Part shown: piece after piece, positions 18,206-27,312 of the stretch
Position numbering within the stretch: the first letter of the stretch is position 1
Layout of the letters: every line of letters begins with the position of its first letter
Source: a virus
Taxonomy: Duplodnaviria; Heunggongvirae; Uroviricota; Caudoviricetes
DNA: 64,000 nt
Reading direction: 5' to 3' (one strand)
IMG/VR virus record: IMGVR_UViG_3300005323_000037
Coordinates: 51,988 to 115,987 of that record
The notes under the pieces: generated by a model
What the model saw: the letters and a program-made list of their open reading frames with translations, nothing else
Told to the model about the DNA's origin: nothing
Database searches by the model: none
Program-made: the position numbers and the translations under genes

Positions 18206-19195
18206 TTAGGAGATGTGAATTACTTCACGAATTGAATGCTTGCCAGAAACAAGATTCTCAAATGTAGCAGGCACATCTGCAAGTTGACTGATACCAGTGA
18301 TTAGCTTGTCGTAAGAACATTTGCACATGTTATCAATAACATCAAGAAAGTTATGCCTAGAAGCATTGCGTGCACCAATCAGAGTGAGCTCCTTGCGAAC
18401 TACATCATTCATGTCTACTGTAATTGGACCGGAGCTATAGCCCACACTAGCAATGCAACCTAAACGCTGCACTTTACTCATAGCTGTATCATAGACTTCC
18501 TGCGAGCCAGCGGCATCTATAACTATGTCGTAGCTGATGTTGCTGAGGCTCTTATTGTAAACCGTTACATCAAATAGATGATGTGCTAGATCAGTCTTGT
18601 ACACATTGTGATCTAGCACAGTAGTAGGAATACGATACGTGGTCAGATAATCAATACAACCTAAGCCTACTGCGCCGCAACCGATAACTAATACATTAGG
18701 CGCATGAGTGGGCAGTAGTCGATAGGCATTGATAGCGGCGCTGGCAGTATGATAACCAATGGCCAGAGGCTCAACTAGGGCAGCGGTATAGTAGCTACCC
18801 ATAATACCTGTAACATCTATAAGAATATCTCTAGGCAGATTGACGTATTCAACCATCAAGCCGTCGCGCTGTACACCAAAGGTTTGATTGAACTTGCATG
18901 AATTGGTATGACCATTGCTGCATGAAAAACATGGTACAGCCGCCTTGCGATCTAGACAGTTGGTGTATGGATAGACTGTTACAATACTACCATCAGACAG
19001 CTCACCTACCATCTCGTGGCCAAGAATGACTGGATACTTTACATTGGGAGAGGAGCCTGAGTAGGCTGCTAGATCGCTGCCGCAAATGCCAACATAGAGT
19101 ACTTTTACACGCTCTTCGCTTGGCTTAGGCAGGGGCGGTTCGGGAATGTCGATGACTTGAATGCTATGTGGAGATTGTAGTGAGACTGCTTTCAT
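18206..19195 (-). CDS. Zn-dependent medium-chain dehydrogenase/reductase (alcohol, polyol or alditol-phosphate dehydrogenase family)
   Basis: Motifs VGICGSDL (compare GxCGSDxH) and GHEMVGE (compare GHExxG), plus a Rossmann GxGxxG (VIGCGAVGLG). Start moved to ATG 19195 with a GAGGT RBS. Confidence 0.6.
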   Translation of the reverse strand: MKAVSLQSPHSIQVIDIPEPPLPKPSEERVKVLYVGICGSDLAAYSGSSPNVKYPVILGHEMVGELSDGSIVTVYPYTNCLDRKAAVPCFSCSNGHTNSCKFNQTFGVQRDGLMVEYVNLPRDILIDVTGIMGSYYTAALVEPLAIGYHTASAAINAYRLLPTHAPNVLVIGCGAVGLGCIDYLTTYRIPTTVLDHNVYKTDLAHHLFDVTVYNKSLSNISYDIVIDAAGSQEVYDTAMSKVQRLGCIASVGYSSGPITVDMNDVVRKELTLIGARNASRHNFLDVIDNMCKCSYDKLITGISQLADVPATFENLVSGKHSIREVIHIS

Positions 19196-19197
19196 TG

Positions 19198-19719
19198 CTA
19201 AATTACCTCTTTGCAAGTACAATACGCGGCAGGATCGCGCTCGACAGCAATCTTGATACCGCCCGTATTGAAACTAGATATCGGCTGCGGCAAGCGACTT
19301 ACTCCGCCGCATTTATAGCATAGATGCTCTCTGTACGTCACTCTTCCTATATCTACCGTGCGCTGCAAACAGCTTGCATCAATGCCCCAACGATGTAGGT
19401 TGCTATTGTATCCTGCCTTGATAACGATATAGATTACATCACCGTATTCGTGAAAATAGTAACGAGATAGTTTGATATACTCTACTCTAGTATTAATACA
19501 GGCAGCGTAAGTATCATCTTTTGAAACATATCTACTAAGATTATTATCATAAACTGGAACAGCAACCGTATCACTGTAAAGAACTGCATAGGGAAGAGTT
19601 ATTTTCTTCTGATCGTATATAGATAGAAATTCTGCCCTACCTATCGCCTTGATATTGCCATCGCTGTAGCCGAGTACGACAAAAGGAATTCTAGGCAGGT
19701 CTAGTAATTTATCAGTCAT
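19198..19719 (-). CDS. Hypothetical protein (C-terminal CxxC...CxC)
   Basis: Follows the dehydrogenase gene. Start moved to MTDKLL. Confidence 0.3.
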   Translation of the reverse strand: MTDKLLDLPRIPFVVLGYSDGNIKAIGRAEFLSIYDQKKITLPYAVLYSDTVAVPVYDNNLSRYVSKDDTYAACINTRVEYIKLSRYYFHEYGDVIYIVIKAGYNSNLHRWGIDASCLQRTVDIGRVTYREHLCYKCGGVSRLPQPISSFNTGGIKIAVERDPAAYCTCKEVI

Positions 19720-20026
19720 CGTCCACCATCTGAGCACATATTCTGATAATGGCTGCAATCGCGTCAGTGCTAATAGCTCGACCAATTATAGCCATGGCAG
19801 CTAAATCAGCGAAATCAATCGTGGCGTGCCCATCATTGAGTATACTAATGCGTTTCAAGGTATCACTAACAACTCTAGAGCAAGCAATATCAAACATTGG
19901 ATCGTTGGAATTCTTGATAGACTTGACTACAGAGATGCTATCTATTTCAGGAGTAATTATCTTGTACTCCTTATATTCATTGATATCGAACAAGGGAGGA
20001 TTGGCCGGTTCACGCATGCGCTTCAC
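19712..20026 (-). CDS. Hypothetical protein
   Basis: 104-aa ORF. Confidence 0.25.
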   Translation of the reverse strand: MKRMREPANPPLFDINEYKEYKIITPEIDSISVVKSIKNSNDPMFDIACSRVVSDTLKRISILNDGHATIDFADLAAMAIIGRAISTDAIAAIIRICAQMVDDD

Positions 20027-20419
20027 CTATCCATCTTCCTCGCACGAAACGATTTCATTATAGTAGGGATGTAATTTACAATGTGCCCCTACTGGCGTAC
20101 CGATATACTCTGCGCCATAGCAATTATAAATATCAACGGTGAGCCTATCGCCGTCATCAGATATGAGCAAAAGAGTATAGCTAACCCCTTTACTGGTTTC
20201 CATAACACCGCTCGGTAAGGTTGCGTACTCTTCATTCCAACCGCTTCCTGATTTGCTATATGAACAATGCTTGTGAAAAATAGTGTACACGCTTTCGCAG
20301 TAAACTGTAGTTCTATATGTTACTGATAATAGCGTATATGCCCTAAGGCTTTCCTCGGCAGGGGAAGAGCATGAACATAGTACAAGTAATGCCATGACTA
20401 CTAAAACTAACTTGTACAT
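20027..20419 (-). CDS. Lipoprotein (signal peptide with lipobox LVLCSC)
   Basis: N-terminus MYKLVLVVMALLVLCSCSS. Confidence 0.4.
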   Translation of the reverse strand: MYKLVLVVMALLVLCSCSSPAEESLRAYTLLSVTYRTTVYCESVYTIFHKHCSYSKSGSGWNEEYATLPSGVMETSKGVSYTLLLISDDGDRLTVDIYNCYGAEYIGTPVGAHCKLHPYYNEIVSCEEDG

Positions 20420-20874
20420 GTGACTCGCTTCTCAATTCGATCTAAGCGATCTTTGACAGTAATGTATATATCTGATTGCCACTCCCATACAAGTATAATT
20501 GATTCTACAGCGTCGCCCACGTATCCATTATTAGCTATAAGTGCCTCGACTACCTGAAAGGCTATGGTCTCAAGGCCCAACATGCAACTCTCATAATGCC
20601 AATTCCAAGAGCTAGTCCTCCAGCTAAATTGATCGCCCATAGCCGTTAATAGCATGATTAGACAATCAGCAAGTTCACTCTCTACATCTACATTCTTGTC
20701 ATGATTGCGGTTGTAGACTGGATTCTGTCTAAGCTGCGCATCGACTGCTTCACCGATTTCGGTGAATGCGAATGCTAAAGAGTCTTCACGATTAGGTGTA
20801 GGCCAAAGATTGGATAAGCGCTTGCGATAAGACCAGACTAGAGAGTGTAGACTTTGAATGTAGGCGATGTTCAT
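20407..20874 (-). CDS. MazG-like nucleotide pyrophosphohydrolase (putative)
   Basis: EIGEAVDA and ELADCLIMLL, an E-x2-E...E-x2-D motif pair as in all-alpha NTP-PPases. 155 aa. Confidence 0.4.
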   Translation of the reverse strand: MNIAYIQSLHSLVWSYRKRLSNLWPTPNREDSLAFAFTEIGEAVDAQLRQNPVYNRNHDKNVDVESELADCLIMLLTAMGDQFSWRTSSWNWHYESCMLGLETIAFQVVEALIANNGYVGDAVESIILVWEWQSDIYITVKDRLDRIEKRVTCTS

Positions 20875-21137
20875 TTATCTAATTCCTGAGCATCTTCCAA
20901 TACGCAATCTAAACACATGTATTTGCCACACTTATGGCCATCATCTTCGTAACCAACTACCAGCGCTACTGGCAATGTGCAATAGTGGGTGTTTTCATCC
21001 TGGTCGTATCTAATATTATAACAATGCCCGCATGGAGTTCCATCAAGATAAAACTCTTCGTTGCATAGAATGTTCCAATCATCAGTAAAGCTTATTTGCC
21101 AATTATCTAAACTCGTTGCTATGTTATACATTATCAT
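20871..21137 (-). CDS. Small Cys-rich (zinc-ribbon-like) protein
   Basis: CGHCYN...CGKYMCLDC. Confidence 0.3.
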   Translation of the reverse strand: MIMYNIATSLDNWQISFTDDWNILCNEEFYLDGTPCGHCYNIRYDQDENTHYCTLPVALVVGYEDDGHKCGKYMCLDCVLEDAQELDK

Positions 21138-21495
21138 TCTCCAATAGACAGTCTATGCATACCGCGCAATCATCACCCTCATCATCTTCAAATACAAGCG
21201 CTCTTGGAAGAGTAAAGTTGTGGGCCAGATTACAATATCTATACGTTGTCTCGATGCCACGTGCGTGCTTGCATGGCTCTATGGAATCATGAGTATAACA
21301 TTTTACATTGTGCTGGATTCTATCCTGATAATTAACAAACGCTCTTGCTTGATCAAGGATGCGCCATTCGTAACTAGGCGGATAGCCATCCCTCCCAATA
21401 GTGCTACCAGATATAACAATGTCCTTCATGCTTATATATGTCGCACCTGAATACAATAACGCTGGTTTGTCATTCATAATCATACCTATGCTCAT
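21124..21495 (-). CDS. Small Cys-rich protein
   Basis: 123-aa ORF with C...C pairs. Confidence 0.3.
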   Translation of the reverse strand: MSIGMIMNDKPALLYSGATYISMKDIVISGSTIGRDGYPPSYEWRILDQARAFVNYQDRIQHNVKCYTHDSIEPCKHARGIETTYRYCNLAHNFTLPRALVFEDDEGDDCAVCIDCLLENDNV

Positions 21496-21874
21496 TATCT
21501 AGCTCATCACACTTAACAGCCCATACCTTGGCGGTGCAGGTTTCATAACAAACTTTACATAAGAAATCTTCCTCCCAGCAACCAAATGAGGCTCCTATCT
21601 GGTCACTACTGCGTACCTCTCCGCATAGCGCACAAGTAAATGTAGCCTTGCCTGCCTCGGCGCACTTCTCGCATATATACTCTCTATTGCCATGTTCACC
21701 AAAAGAAAACTCGGACCTTCTAGCAATTTCCTTACCATAACCATTCTTTGTCATATAGTTTCCGCAAATTGGACACGTGTCGATTGCTATTAGTACTTTA
21801 GCAAAGTAGCCACTGTCGCTAGTAAAGAATTCCGTATCCCAATCACTAGCCTTGAGTTTGTCTACCATAATCAA
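21470..21874 (-). CDS. Zinc-ribbon protein (four CxxC pairs)
   Basis: CPICGN...CEKC...CALCGE...CKVC. Confidence 0.35.
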   Translation of the reverse strand: MIMVDKLKASDWDTEFFTSDSGYFAKVLIAIDTCPICGNYMTKNGYGKEIARRSEFSFGEHGNREYICEKCAEAGKATFTCALCGEVRSSDQIGASFGCWEEDFLCKVCYETCTAKVWAVKCDELDNEHRYDYE

Positions 21875-22355
21875 TCCCTACTCCAATCTCAACCATGCCG
21901 CCACCTGAATTCCATTTATTCCATTCCTTAGCGGCACCGTCAGCATTAATTCCGCTAAACCCTCTTGCTCCACATTTGCACGTAATATAGAAACCGCTTG
22001 TTAGCATGTGCTTGCATACAAGATTACTAGCCGTACCGCAAAACATACATGGAACTAATTCCATACTAGCAGCAAGAACAAGTTGTGTTTCGTACCAGCG
22101 TTGTTTGTGATTACATAAAAGTTCGGATGCATCACACGAAATAACACCATCTCCTACTAGATACTCCCAACCACCAATCACTTCTGTATTCTCTACCATA
22201 TCAGTAATCGGCAAAACGTGTCCAAAGTAACCGCGGAACCCAGTATCGGTTTCTACTATATCGCCGATGTTATATATTGGAGGTTGATGAATGTTGCAAC
22301 CGGGATGCCGTAATGTAACTGGACGGCCAGCTTTGTAGAATTGAAATTTCTCCAA
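21846..22355 (-). CDS. Hypothetical protein
   Basis: 169-aa ORF, TTG start. Confidence 0.3.
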   Translation of the reverse strand: MEKFQFYKAGRPVTLRHPGCNIHQPPIYNIGDIVETDTGFRGYFGHVLPITDMVENTEVIGGWEYLVGDGVISCDASELLCNHKQRWYETQLVLAASMELVPCMFCGTASNLVCKHMLTSGFYITCKCGARGFSGINADGAAKEWNKWNSGGGMVEIGVGIDYGRQTQG

Positions 22356-22367
22356 ATCTAAGCTCCA

Positions 22368-23087
22368 TCATTCCTCAAACAGCGACTTCTGCACTGGCGT
22401 CATCCATCCCGCCATATCTTCTATCTTAGGCGGATCAGTAATCCAGGACTGCGGTGGTACGCGCCTACTCATACATTCAGATACAATCAGTGGGCGTCCT
22501 AATGTAACTGAATTGTTCCTGCCAGATTTACTGATCCAATCGAAGCCACGATTGTCACGTACAAACTTAGCTACGGCCATAGTGGTCTCTACATCGCCAC
22601 CAAGATAATATAAGACTTCTTCATAGCGACCTTCACGCCATAATCTGGGCACATTTTCACCATGGCCACCGTCCAAGTCTTTCTTAGATTGCACACCACA
22701 GCCTTTAGCACACGCATCTAAGCCCAGTCGATAGCCTTTAGTGATGACGAATTGCAGCATGATGTCCCAATGATTACGGGCAAGAGCAACTACACGACTG
22801 AAATACTCAACTGGTGCGTTTTCTGCAACAGTTCGAAAGTCAAATGCTAGACCATTCCAAGTGACTAGCAGATAGCCGTTGTTTACATAATGTTCTAAAT
22901 CTTCTACCATGCACGCTACGGCGGATTCAGATAAGCGATCTGGATTATGCCAGTAAATAGGAGTAGATGAATCCTCTGCTAGAACCGCGGCACAAGAGAT
23001 GCCCATTTCTCGATGTGAGCGGACGTGGCCAGATTCATCCTCAAATTCATTAGAGATTTCTAGATCGAAGCTAAGTAGTTTTGTCAT
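22368..23087 (-). CDS. DEDDy-type 3'-5' exonuclease (DnaQ-like fold)
   Basis: Exo I SFDLE, Exo II WNGLAFDF, Exo III YYLGGD. Confidence 0.55.
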   Translation of the reverse strand: MTKLLSFDLEISNEFEDESGHVRSHREMGISCAAVLAEDSSTPIYWHNPDRLSESAVACMVEDLEHYVNNGYLLVTWNGLAFDFRTVAENAPVEYFSRVVALARNHWDIMLQFVITKGYRLGLDACAKGCGVQSKKDLDGGHGENVPRLWREGRYEEVLYYLGGDVETTMAVAKFVRDNRGFDWISKSGRNNSVTLGRPLIVSECMSRRVPPQSWITDPPKIEDMAGWMTPVQKSLFEE

Positions 23088-23427
23088 CTCTTACATTGTA
23101 CTTTCTCAAATTATTCGCGCTAAATCCAATATACTTATCCGGCTCACACATGTCGTGAATATCGACAATATACTTGTAGTCACCTACCGTGTAGAAATCT
23201 TCTAGAATAGCAACTACCTTTCCACAATGATGACTATCATCAGTAACATGGTCGCCAATGGCAAACACTGGTTCTAGCTTAGAATATAGAATAATATTAG
23301 ATTCAAGATACTCTCCATTGCGACCGCTAATAGTATACACAGGTTGAATATCAATACTGGATACAGTATATACGCCACCGTAATAGTCATCGACACGTAC
23401 GCGATCACCTACTTGAAACTTGCTCAT
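23071..23427 (-). CDS. Small SH3/KOW-like protein (GDRV family)
   Basis: N-terminal VGDRVRV and a second GDHV repeat. Paralogues at 46455, 50302, 50499 and 32685. Confidence 0.3.
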   Translation of the reverse strand: MSKFQVGDRVRVDDYYGGVYTVSSIDIQPVYTISGRNGEYLESNIILYSKLEPVFAIGDHVTDDSHHCGKVVAILEDFYTVGDYKYIVDIHDMCEPDKYIGFSANNLRKYNVRDDKTT

Positions 23428-23669
23428 TCGATTACCGCTCGCTTACAGGCAATAGTATCGCTCATCAAGTTGTCTTCAAATGTAACTTCACATAATGTGA
23501 TACCGTCAGCTACTACTACAATAAATGCCTTGCCGGACGTATTAGGTACAATCTGAGCAACCGCTCTGCCACTTCCATTGCTTGCAATAGTTGGGCCAGT
23601 ACATCCAGCAAGCATTGCTATTACCATCAAGATTGCAATCAGCTTATTCATGCTTCCTCCACTCCACAT
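23424..23669 (-). CDS. Lipoprotein (lipobox LAGC)
   Basis: MNKLIAILMVIAMLAGCTGPT. Confidence 0.4.
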   Translation of the reverse strand: MWSGGSMNKLIAILMVIAMLAGCTGPTIASNGSGRAVAQIVPNTSGKAFIVVVADGITLCEVTFEDNLMSDTIACKRAVIE

Positions 23670-23714
23670 TCATTTTGACGTACTCTCACGACTGGAAGTC
23701 GTGAGATTCTGGGG

Positions 23715-24860
23715 TCAAACAGCAAACGCCGGACACTCCGGTCTTACTTCGCCTAGCCCAAGAGAAAACGCCCCTTCTCTACGAATGTTGATAGCAGCGT
23801 TTCGGTCGCGATCATGGATGGTGCCACATGTTGCGCAGGCCCAACGACGCTCGGATAGTTGCAAGCCCTGATACACGTTTCCGCACACCGAGCATGTCTT
23901 GCTTGACGGGTAGAATCTGTCAATCAAGCGAACTATCTTGCCCTTGCCGTTGGCAACATGTCTGAGGATGCCCATGAACTCCGAGCGGGCCAAATCGCCG
24001 ACTTTGCGGCCCCACAGCCGCTGCATGCCCTTCATGCTCAGGTCCTCAAAGTACAGGTAGTCATACTGATCGGTGAGTGTGTGCGCTAGCTTGAAGAAAA
24101 AGTCTCGGCGCTTGTTTACTATTCTCTGGTGAATCCGCTCGACGACCCGTTTGGCCTTCTGCCAACCGTGCGAGAACTTAACCTTGCGGGCAAGATTCTG
24201 TTGCGCAAGCCTGAGCGCAGACATCGCCTGTTGAAGGTACAATGGCGACTCAATCACCGATCCATCATCAATGGTTAGAAACGTCTTCAAACCAAAATCA
24301 AAGCCTGCGCTATTACCCGTCATGGCTCGATTGCCTTGGTTCTCCGGTGCTTCAACCACGAAATATAGCCAGAGCGCGCCCAGGTTGTCGCGCTTTACCG
24401 TCAACGTCTTCACTTCGGCCGGGATGTCCCGGCTCCTGCTGAACTTGTACACCCGTCCTTGAATCTTGACTCGATTGCCATCAAGCAACTTCCAACCAGC
24501 CTGTTTGAGCGTGAAGCTGCTGTACTTCTTGACTTTCCTGAAGCCTGGTGGTGCAGTCTTGACGCCTGCTTTCAGATTGCGAAAGAACAGTGTGTACGAC
24601 CGCTCGATCCGCTGTACGATGTCCTGAATCGCCTGGGAACCGACTAGGTTCCAGAATGCATAGCTGGGCCGCTGCTTGAGTTTGGCAATGTGCGCCATCA
24701 AAGCGTATTGGTTCAGGTGCTTACCAGTCAGGTGATAGTAGCGGCGATGGAGCGCAACGCTGTGGTTCCAGATGATGCCAGCCACGTCGATCTGCTGGTT
24801 CAGGAACCTATTCCGCTTCGCCCGGTACAGCTTGAACTTGTACGTCTTGATGCCGTTCAT
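23715..24860 (-). CDS. tnpB: TnpB (IS605 OrfB; RuvC-like RNA-guided nuclease family)
   Basis: C-terminal zinc finger CSVCG...CATCG and a RuvC-like split domain. Start assigned to MNGIKTY, whose ATG overlaps the tnpA stop as ATGA. The track's longer 5' extension is rejected. Confidence 0.8.
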   Translation of the reverse strand: MNGIKTYKFKLYRAKRNRFLNQQIDVAGIIWNHSVALHRRYYHLTGKHLNQYALMAHIAKLKQRPSYAFWNLVGSQAIQDIVQRIERSYTLFFRNLKAGVKTAPPGFRKVKKYSSFTLKQAGWKLLDGNRVKIQGRVYKFSRSRDIPAEVKTLTVKRDNLGALWLYFVVEAPENQGNRAMTGNSAGFDFGLKTFLTIDDGSVIESPLYLQQAMSALRLAQQNLARKVKFSHGWQKAKRVVERIHQRIVNKRRDFFFKLAHTLTDQYDYLYFEDLSMKGMQRLWGRKVGDLARSEFMGILRHVANGKGKIVRLIDRFYPSSKTCSVCGNVYQGLQLSERRWACATCGTIHDRDRNAAINIRREGAFSLGLGEVRPECPAFAV

Positions 24861-25258
24861 TGGCCCTTTTGTCCCTCGATGTAGTGGCGAACGGTGTCTT
24901 CTGAAATATGCCCGATCGACTCGCAATAGTACAAGCGCGTCCACAGCGACGGCAACCGGGTCTTGAGCTTGGGAAACTCCGCCCGCAGCTCATGCGATGC
25001 ATAGCCCTTCAACTGTTGTACCAAGTAGTGCGGCGCGTGCACAGGTGACGCCCTGAGAAAGAGATGCACGTGATCCGGCATGACTTCCAACGTCTCCAGT
25101 GTACACCCCAACTCCTGAGCCTTGGCTTGCAGCAACCCCAACAAGCGTTCGGCTACGGCTCCGACCAAGACCTTGCGGCGATACTTGGGGCACCAAATCA
25201 GATGGTAGCCGGTGTTGTAAACAGCCTTGTGGCTAGTAGTCCATCTTGCATTTGTCAT
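24857..25258 (-). CDS. tnpA: TnpA (IS200/IS605 Y1 HuH transposase)
   Basis: 133 aa with HVHLF HuH motif and a C-terminal tyrosine region. Own promoter TTGACA-17-TAGATT upstream. Confidence 0.8.
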   Translation of the reverse strand: MTNARWTTSHKAVYNTGYHLIWCPKYRRKVLVGAVAERLLGLLQAKAQELGCTLETLEVMPDHVHLFLRASPVHAPHYLVQQLKGYASHELRAEFPKLKTRLPSLWTRLYYCESIGHISEDTVRHYIEGQKGQ

Positions 25259-25411
25259 GCTACCAATCTACCACAACCATAGCTACTTGTCAAGTACCTA
25301 TCGTTGATCGTGCCAAGTCCCGCCCGTGGGCGGTCGCTATTCATCCCACGAGTGAACTCGGATGGGCTTTCTACCGATTTATCGTAAAACCAGTACAATC
25401 CAGCCCATTAT

Positions 25412-25960
25412 CTATTCCTTCTTTGTACAAACAATCACAAATGGCTCCGCCACTGTATTGTTATGATATTGCGCTGCTCTGAGCGCCATGGTAATCCTAT
25501 CAGCAGGAGCAATATTAGCTCTATCAGTTGTGTACAATGATCCTAACGCTACGTCGTCACCAGCGCCCACCGCAACATAATTACAGCATAGCTCACCTAC
25601 CTGATAGTCACTATCAATGAAGAATAGGTGGCCATGAAAGCCAACTAAGAATGTGCCGGCTGAGTCTCTGCCATTATCAGTATACTGATAGCCGCCATCC
25701 TTGAAACAGGTACGTACCGCATTGATAAAGTCAGTTACCATAAACTTATTGACATCCACTGATTCATCATATACAGGTGGCTTGAGCGCATAGCGTAATA
25801 GTTGTCCCATGCGATACGATCCGGTAACGCCCATGATATAATCTTCATTACGAAACACTTTAGCATCAGCACGAATCTGAAGCGTAGAGTAAGATGTGCC
25901 AGCGGAATCGCCGCCTAGCCAGACGTCATTGTTATCAACGATGCCTATGATGCAAGTCAT
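25412..25960 (-). CDS. Proteasome/HslV-like Ntn-hydrolase family protein
   Basis: N-terminus M-TCIIGIVDNNDVWLGGDSAG with Thr at position 2 (the nucleophile after Met removal), followed by a GxxGxxG-like segment. 182 aa. Confidence 0.45.
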   Translation of the reverse strand: MTCIIGIVDNNDVWLGGDSAGTSYSTLQIRADAKVFRNEDYIMGVTGSYRMGQLLRYALKPPVYDESVDVNKFMVTDFINAVRTCFKDGGYQYTDNGRDSAGTFLVGFHGHLFFIDSDYQVGELCCNYVAVGAGDDVALGSLYTTDRANIAPADRITMALRAAQYHNNTVAEPFVIVCTKKE

Positions 25961-25964
25961 TGGC

Positions 25965-26399
25965 TCAATCTTTCTTATCTTTATTTTTCTTCCATTTGAT
26001 TCGATCCACTACATAGACAATATCGGTAGGCTTGAAATCAATTACCTCAAAGCCATCATTATCTGTTACTGTATACCCTCCACAGACGTCTGTTTGCTTA
26101 AGATATACGCGCCTTCTATTACGATCTGCCGCGATAAATAATCCATAATCTACCTCACTGAATTCGTATGGCTCAGGAGCAATCTTTAGAGATACGCTTT
26201 TATACGAGCAGTCTGGAATTTCTGGTGGACCAAGAGTATCTGTAATGTCTCTACATTGCATTGTACCGTTCTCGTCTTTCCAAAACGACATACAGCTACG
26301 TTTCGCATTTGCTAATTCGTCTACTATATCCTTGCATTGCAGTACACCATTTTCATCTTCCCCAAATGTTATGCTTCCTCTAGTACATGCTAACTTCAT
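25965..26399 (-). CDS. Hypothetical protein with internal tandem repeat (GEDENGVLQCKDIVDEL / KDENGTMQCRDITDTL)
   Basis: Two roughly 17-aa repeats, each with a conserved Cys. Confidence 0.3.
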   Translation of the reverse strand: MKLACTRGSITFGEDENGVLQCKDIVDELANAKRSCMSFWKDENGTMQCRDITDTLGPPEIPDCSYKSVSLKIAPEPYEFSEVDYGLFIAADRNRRRVYLKQTDVCGGYTVTDNDGFEVIDFKPTDIVYVVDRIKWKKNKDKKD

Positions 26400-26628
26400 A
26401 TTCCTCCCACTTAGCCTCTACTGGCTGAACAATCATGCTTACTCGATCTTCCATATATTCGCCAGCCTCATTAAATGCATCGCATATCGTTTCACCATCA
26501 ATGAGTTTAGCATACTCACTCTTAAATCCTAGTATATGCTCACTGTCTACATTGTAGAGGAAATAGCCTGGAGGGCATTCGGATATTGTGCAAGGCCACT
26601 CAAGCGGGATTAATACTAAACGCTTCAT
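26380..26628 (-). CDS. Hypothetical small protein
   Basis: ORF in the packed early array. Confidence 0.25.
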   Translation of the reverse strand: MKRLVLIPLEWPCTISECPPGYFLYNVDSEHILGFKSEYAKLIDGETICDAFNEAGEYMEDRVSMIVQPVEAKWEEYEVSMY

Positions 26629-26634
26629 ATACTA

Positions 26635-26928
26635 CTACCAATCTGGGGGCTCATCCACATTCCATTCATAATTACTATACACTCCCATCTCGCTAGCTAA
26701 ATCATAGATGAAATCTGGCATGCCATCTAGTTTTCTATAATAGCCATCAGTTGTGAAACTCCACGCCTCACCACAATCACGACAAGATGCATCGACCGTA
26801 ATTACTCTATCCCAAGACGGCCAACAACTTGTTCTGTTATTGCCGTCAGTATACATAACTGTAGATACGAATTTGCTTCTAGTAACCTCTATTCGGCAGT
26901 TAGTATGTTTACATAATGCTTCATCCAT
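26635..26928 (-). CDS. Small Cys-rich protein
   Basis: 97-aa ORF. Confidence 0.25.
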   Translation of the reverse strand: MDEALCKHTNCRIEVTRSKFVSTVMYTDGNNRTSCWPSWDRVITVDASCRDCGEAWSFTTDGYYRKLDGMPDFIYDLASEMGVYSNYEWNVDEPPDW

Positions 26929-27308
26929 TATTCATTCTCCAAGCTAATCTCAATCTCTGGCATACGTACAAACTTATAGTCAACCATCTTCCAGTATTCT
27001 AGCACGCGCAATGGTATGCTAGTCTCAACTATACCTGTATCGCAGCATTCCATATTAGGCGGATCGCCATAGTATAATCTCTTAATTGAGACTCGATCGC
27101 TCAAATGTATCTTGGCATAACAATCAGTGGACAGGGCAACATCAAAGATTTTGCTGCAACTTTGGCAAGCAATTCTTAGCAAGACTACTTCAGTGGCGTA
27201 TACATCGCACTCTTCTGGAGCGAACTTACAGTAGCGTGGTACGGCATGCTCGCTCCACCAGATTGGCTCACCTAGGCGGTCTATAATATCATGATAGTAG
27301 ACATGCAT
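26928..27308 (-). CDS. Hypothetical Cys-rich protein
   Basis: 126-aa ORF. Confidence 0.25.
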   Translation of the reverse strand: MHVYYHDIIDRLGEPIWWSEHAVPRYCKFAPEECDVYATEVVLLRIACQSCSKIFDVALSTDCYAKIHLSDRVSIKRLYYGDPPNMECCDTGIVETSIPLRVLEYWKMVDYKFVRMPEIEISLENE

Positions 27309-27312
27309 ACCG

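Larger units (their letters stand above)
23680..25400 (-). mobile_element. IS200/IS605-family insertion sequence (tnpA + tnpB)
   Basis: GC-rich (~55%) block in an AT-rich phage. Right-end perfect hairpin CTCACGACT-gga-AGTCGTGAG at about 23685-23705 overlaps the tnpB 3' end. Left-end palindromes CCGCCCgtGGGCGG (about 25337-25352) and CGAGTgaaCTCG. Boundaries approximate. Confidence 0.7.

Noticed and set aside
18206-19222. The dehydrogenase gene as host-DNA contamination or chimeric assembly
   Set aside because: Same strand, AT-rich composition and tight coupling to flanking phage-type small genes. No compositional break.
24861-24944. Longer tnpB start (MDALVLL...) given by the ORF track
   Set aside because: The MNGIKTY ATG overlaps the tnpA stop as ATGA (coupling). 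The 28-aa extension would run into tnpA and looks non-conserved.
24242-25482. Several 60-80-aa plus-strand ORFs across the IS605 element
   Set aside because: Antisense to tnpA/tnpB in GC-rich DNA, with Arg/Pro/Ser-rich low-complexity products.
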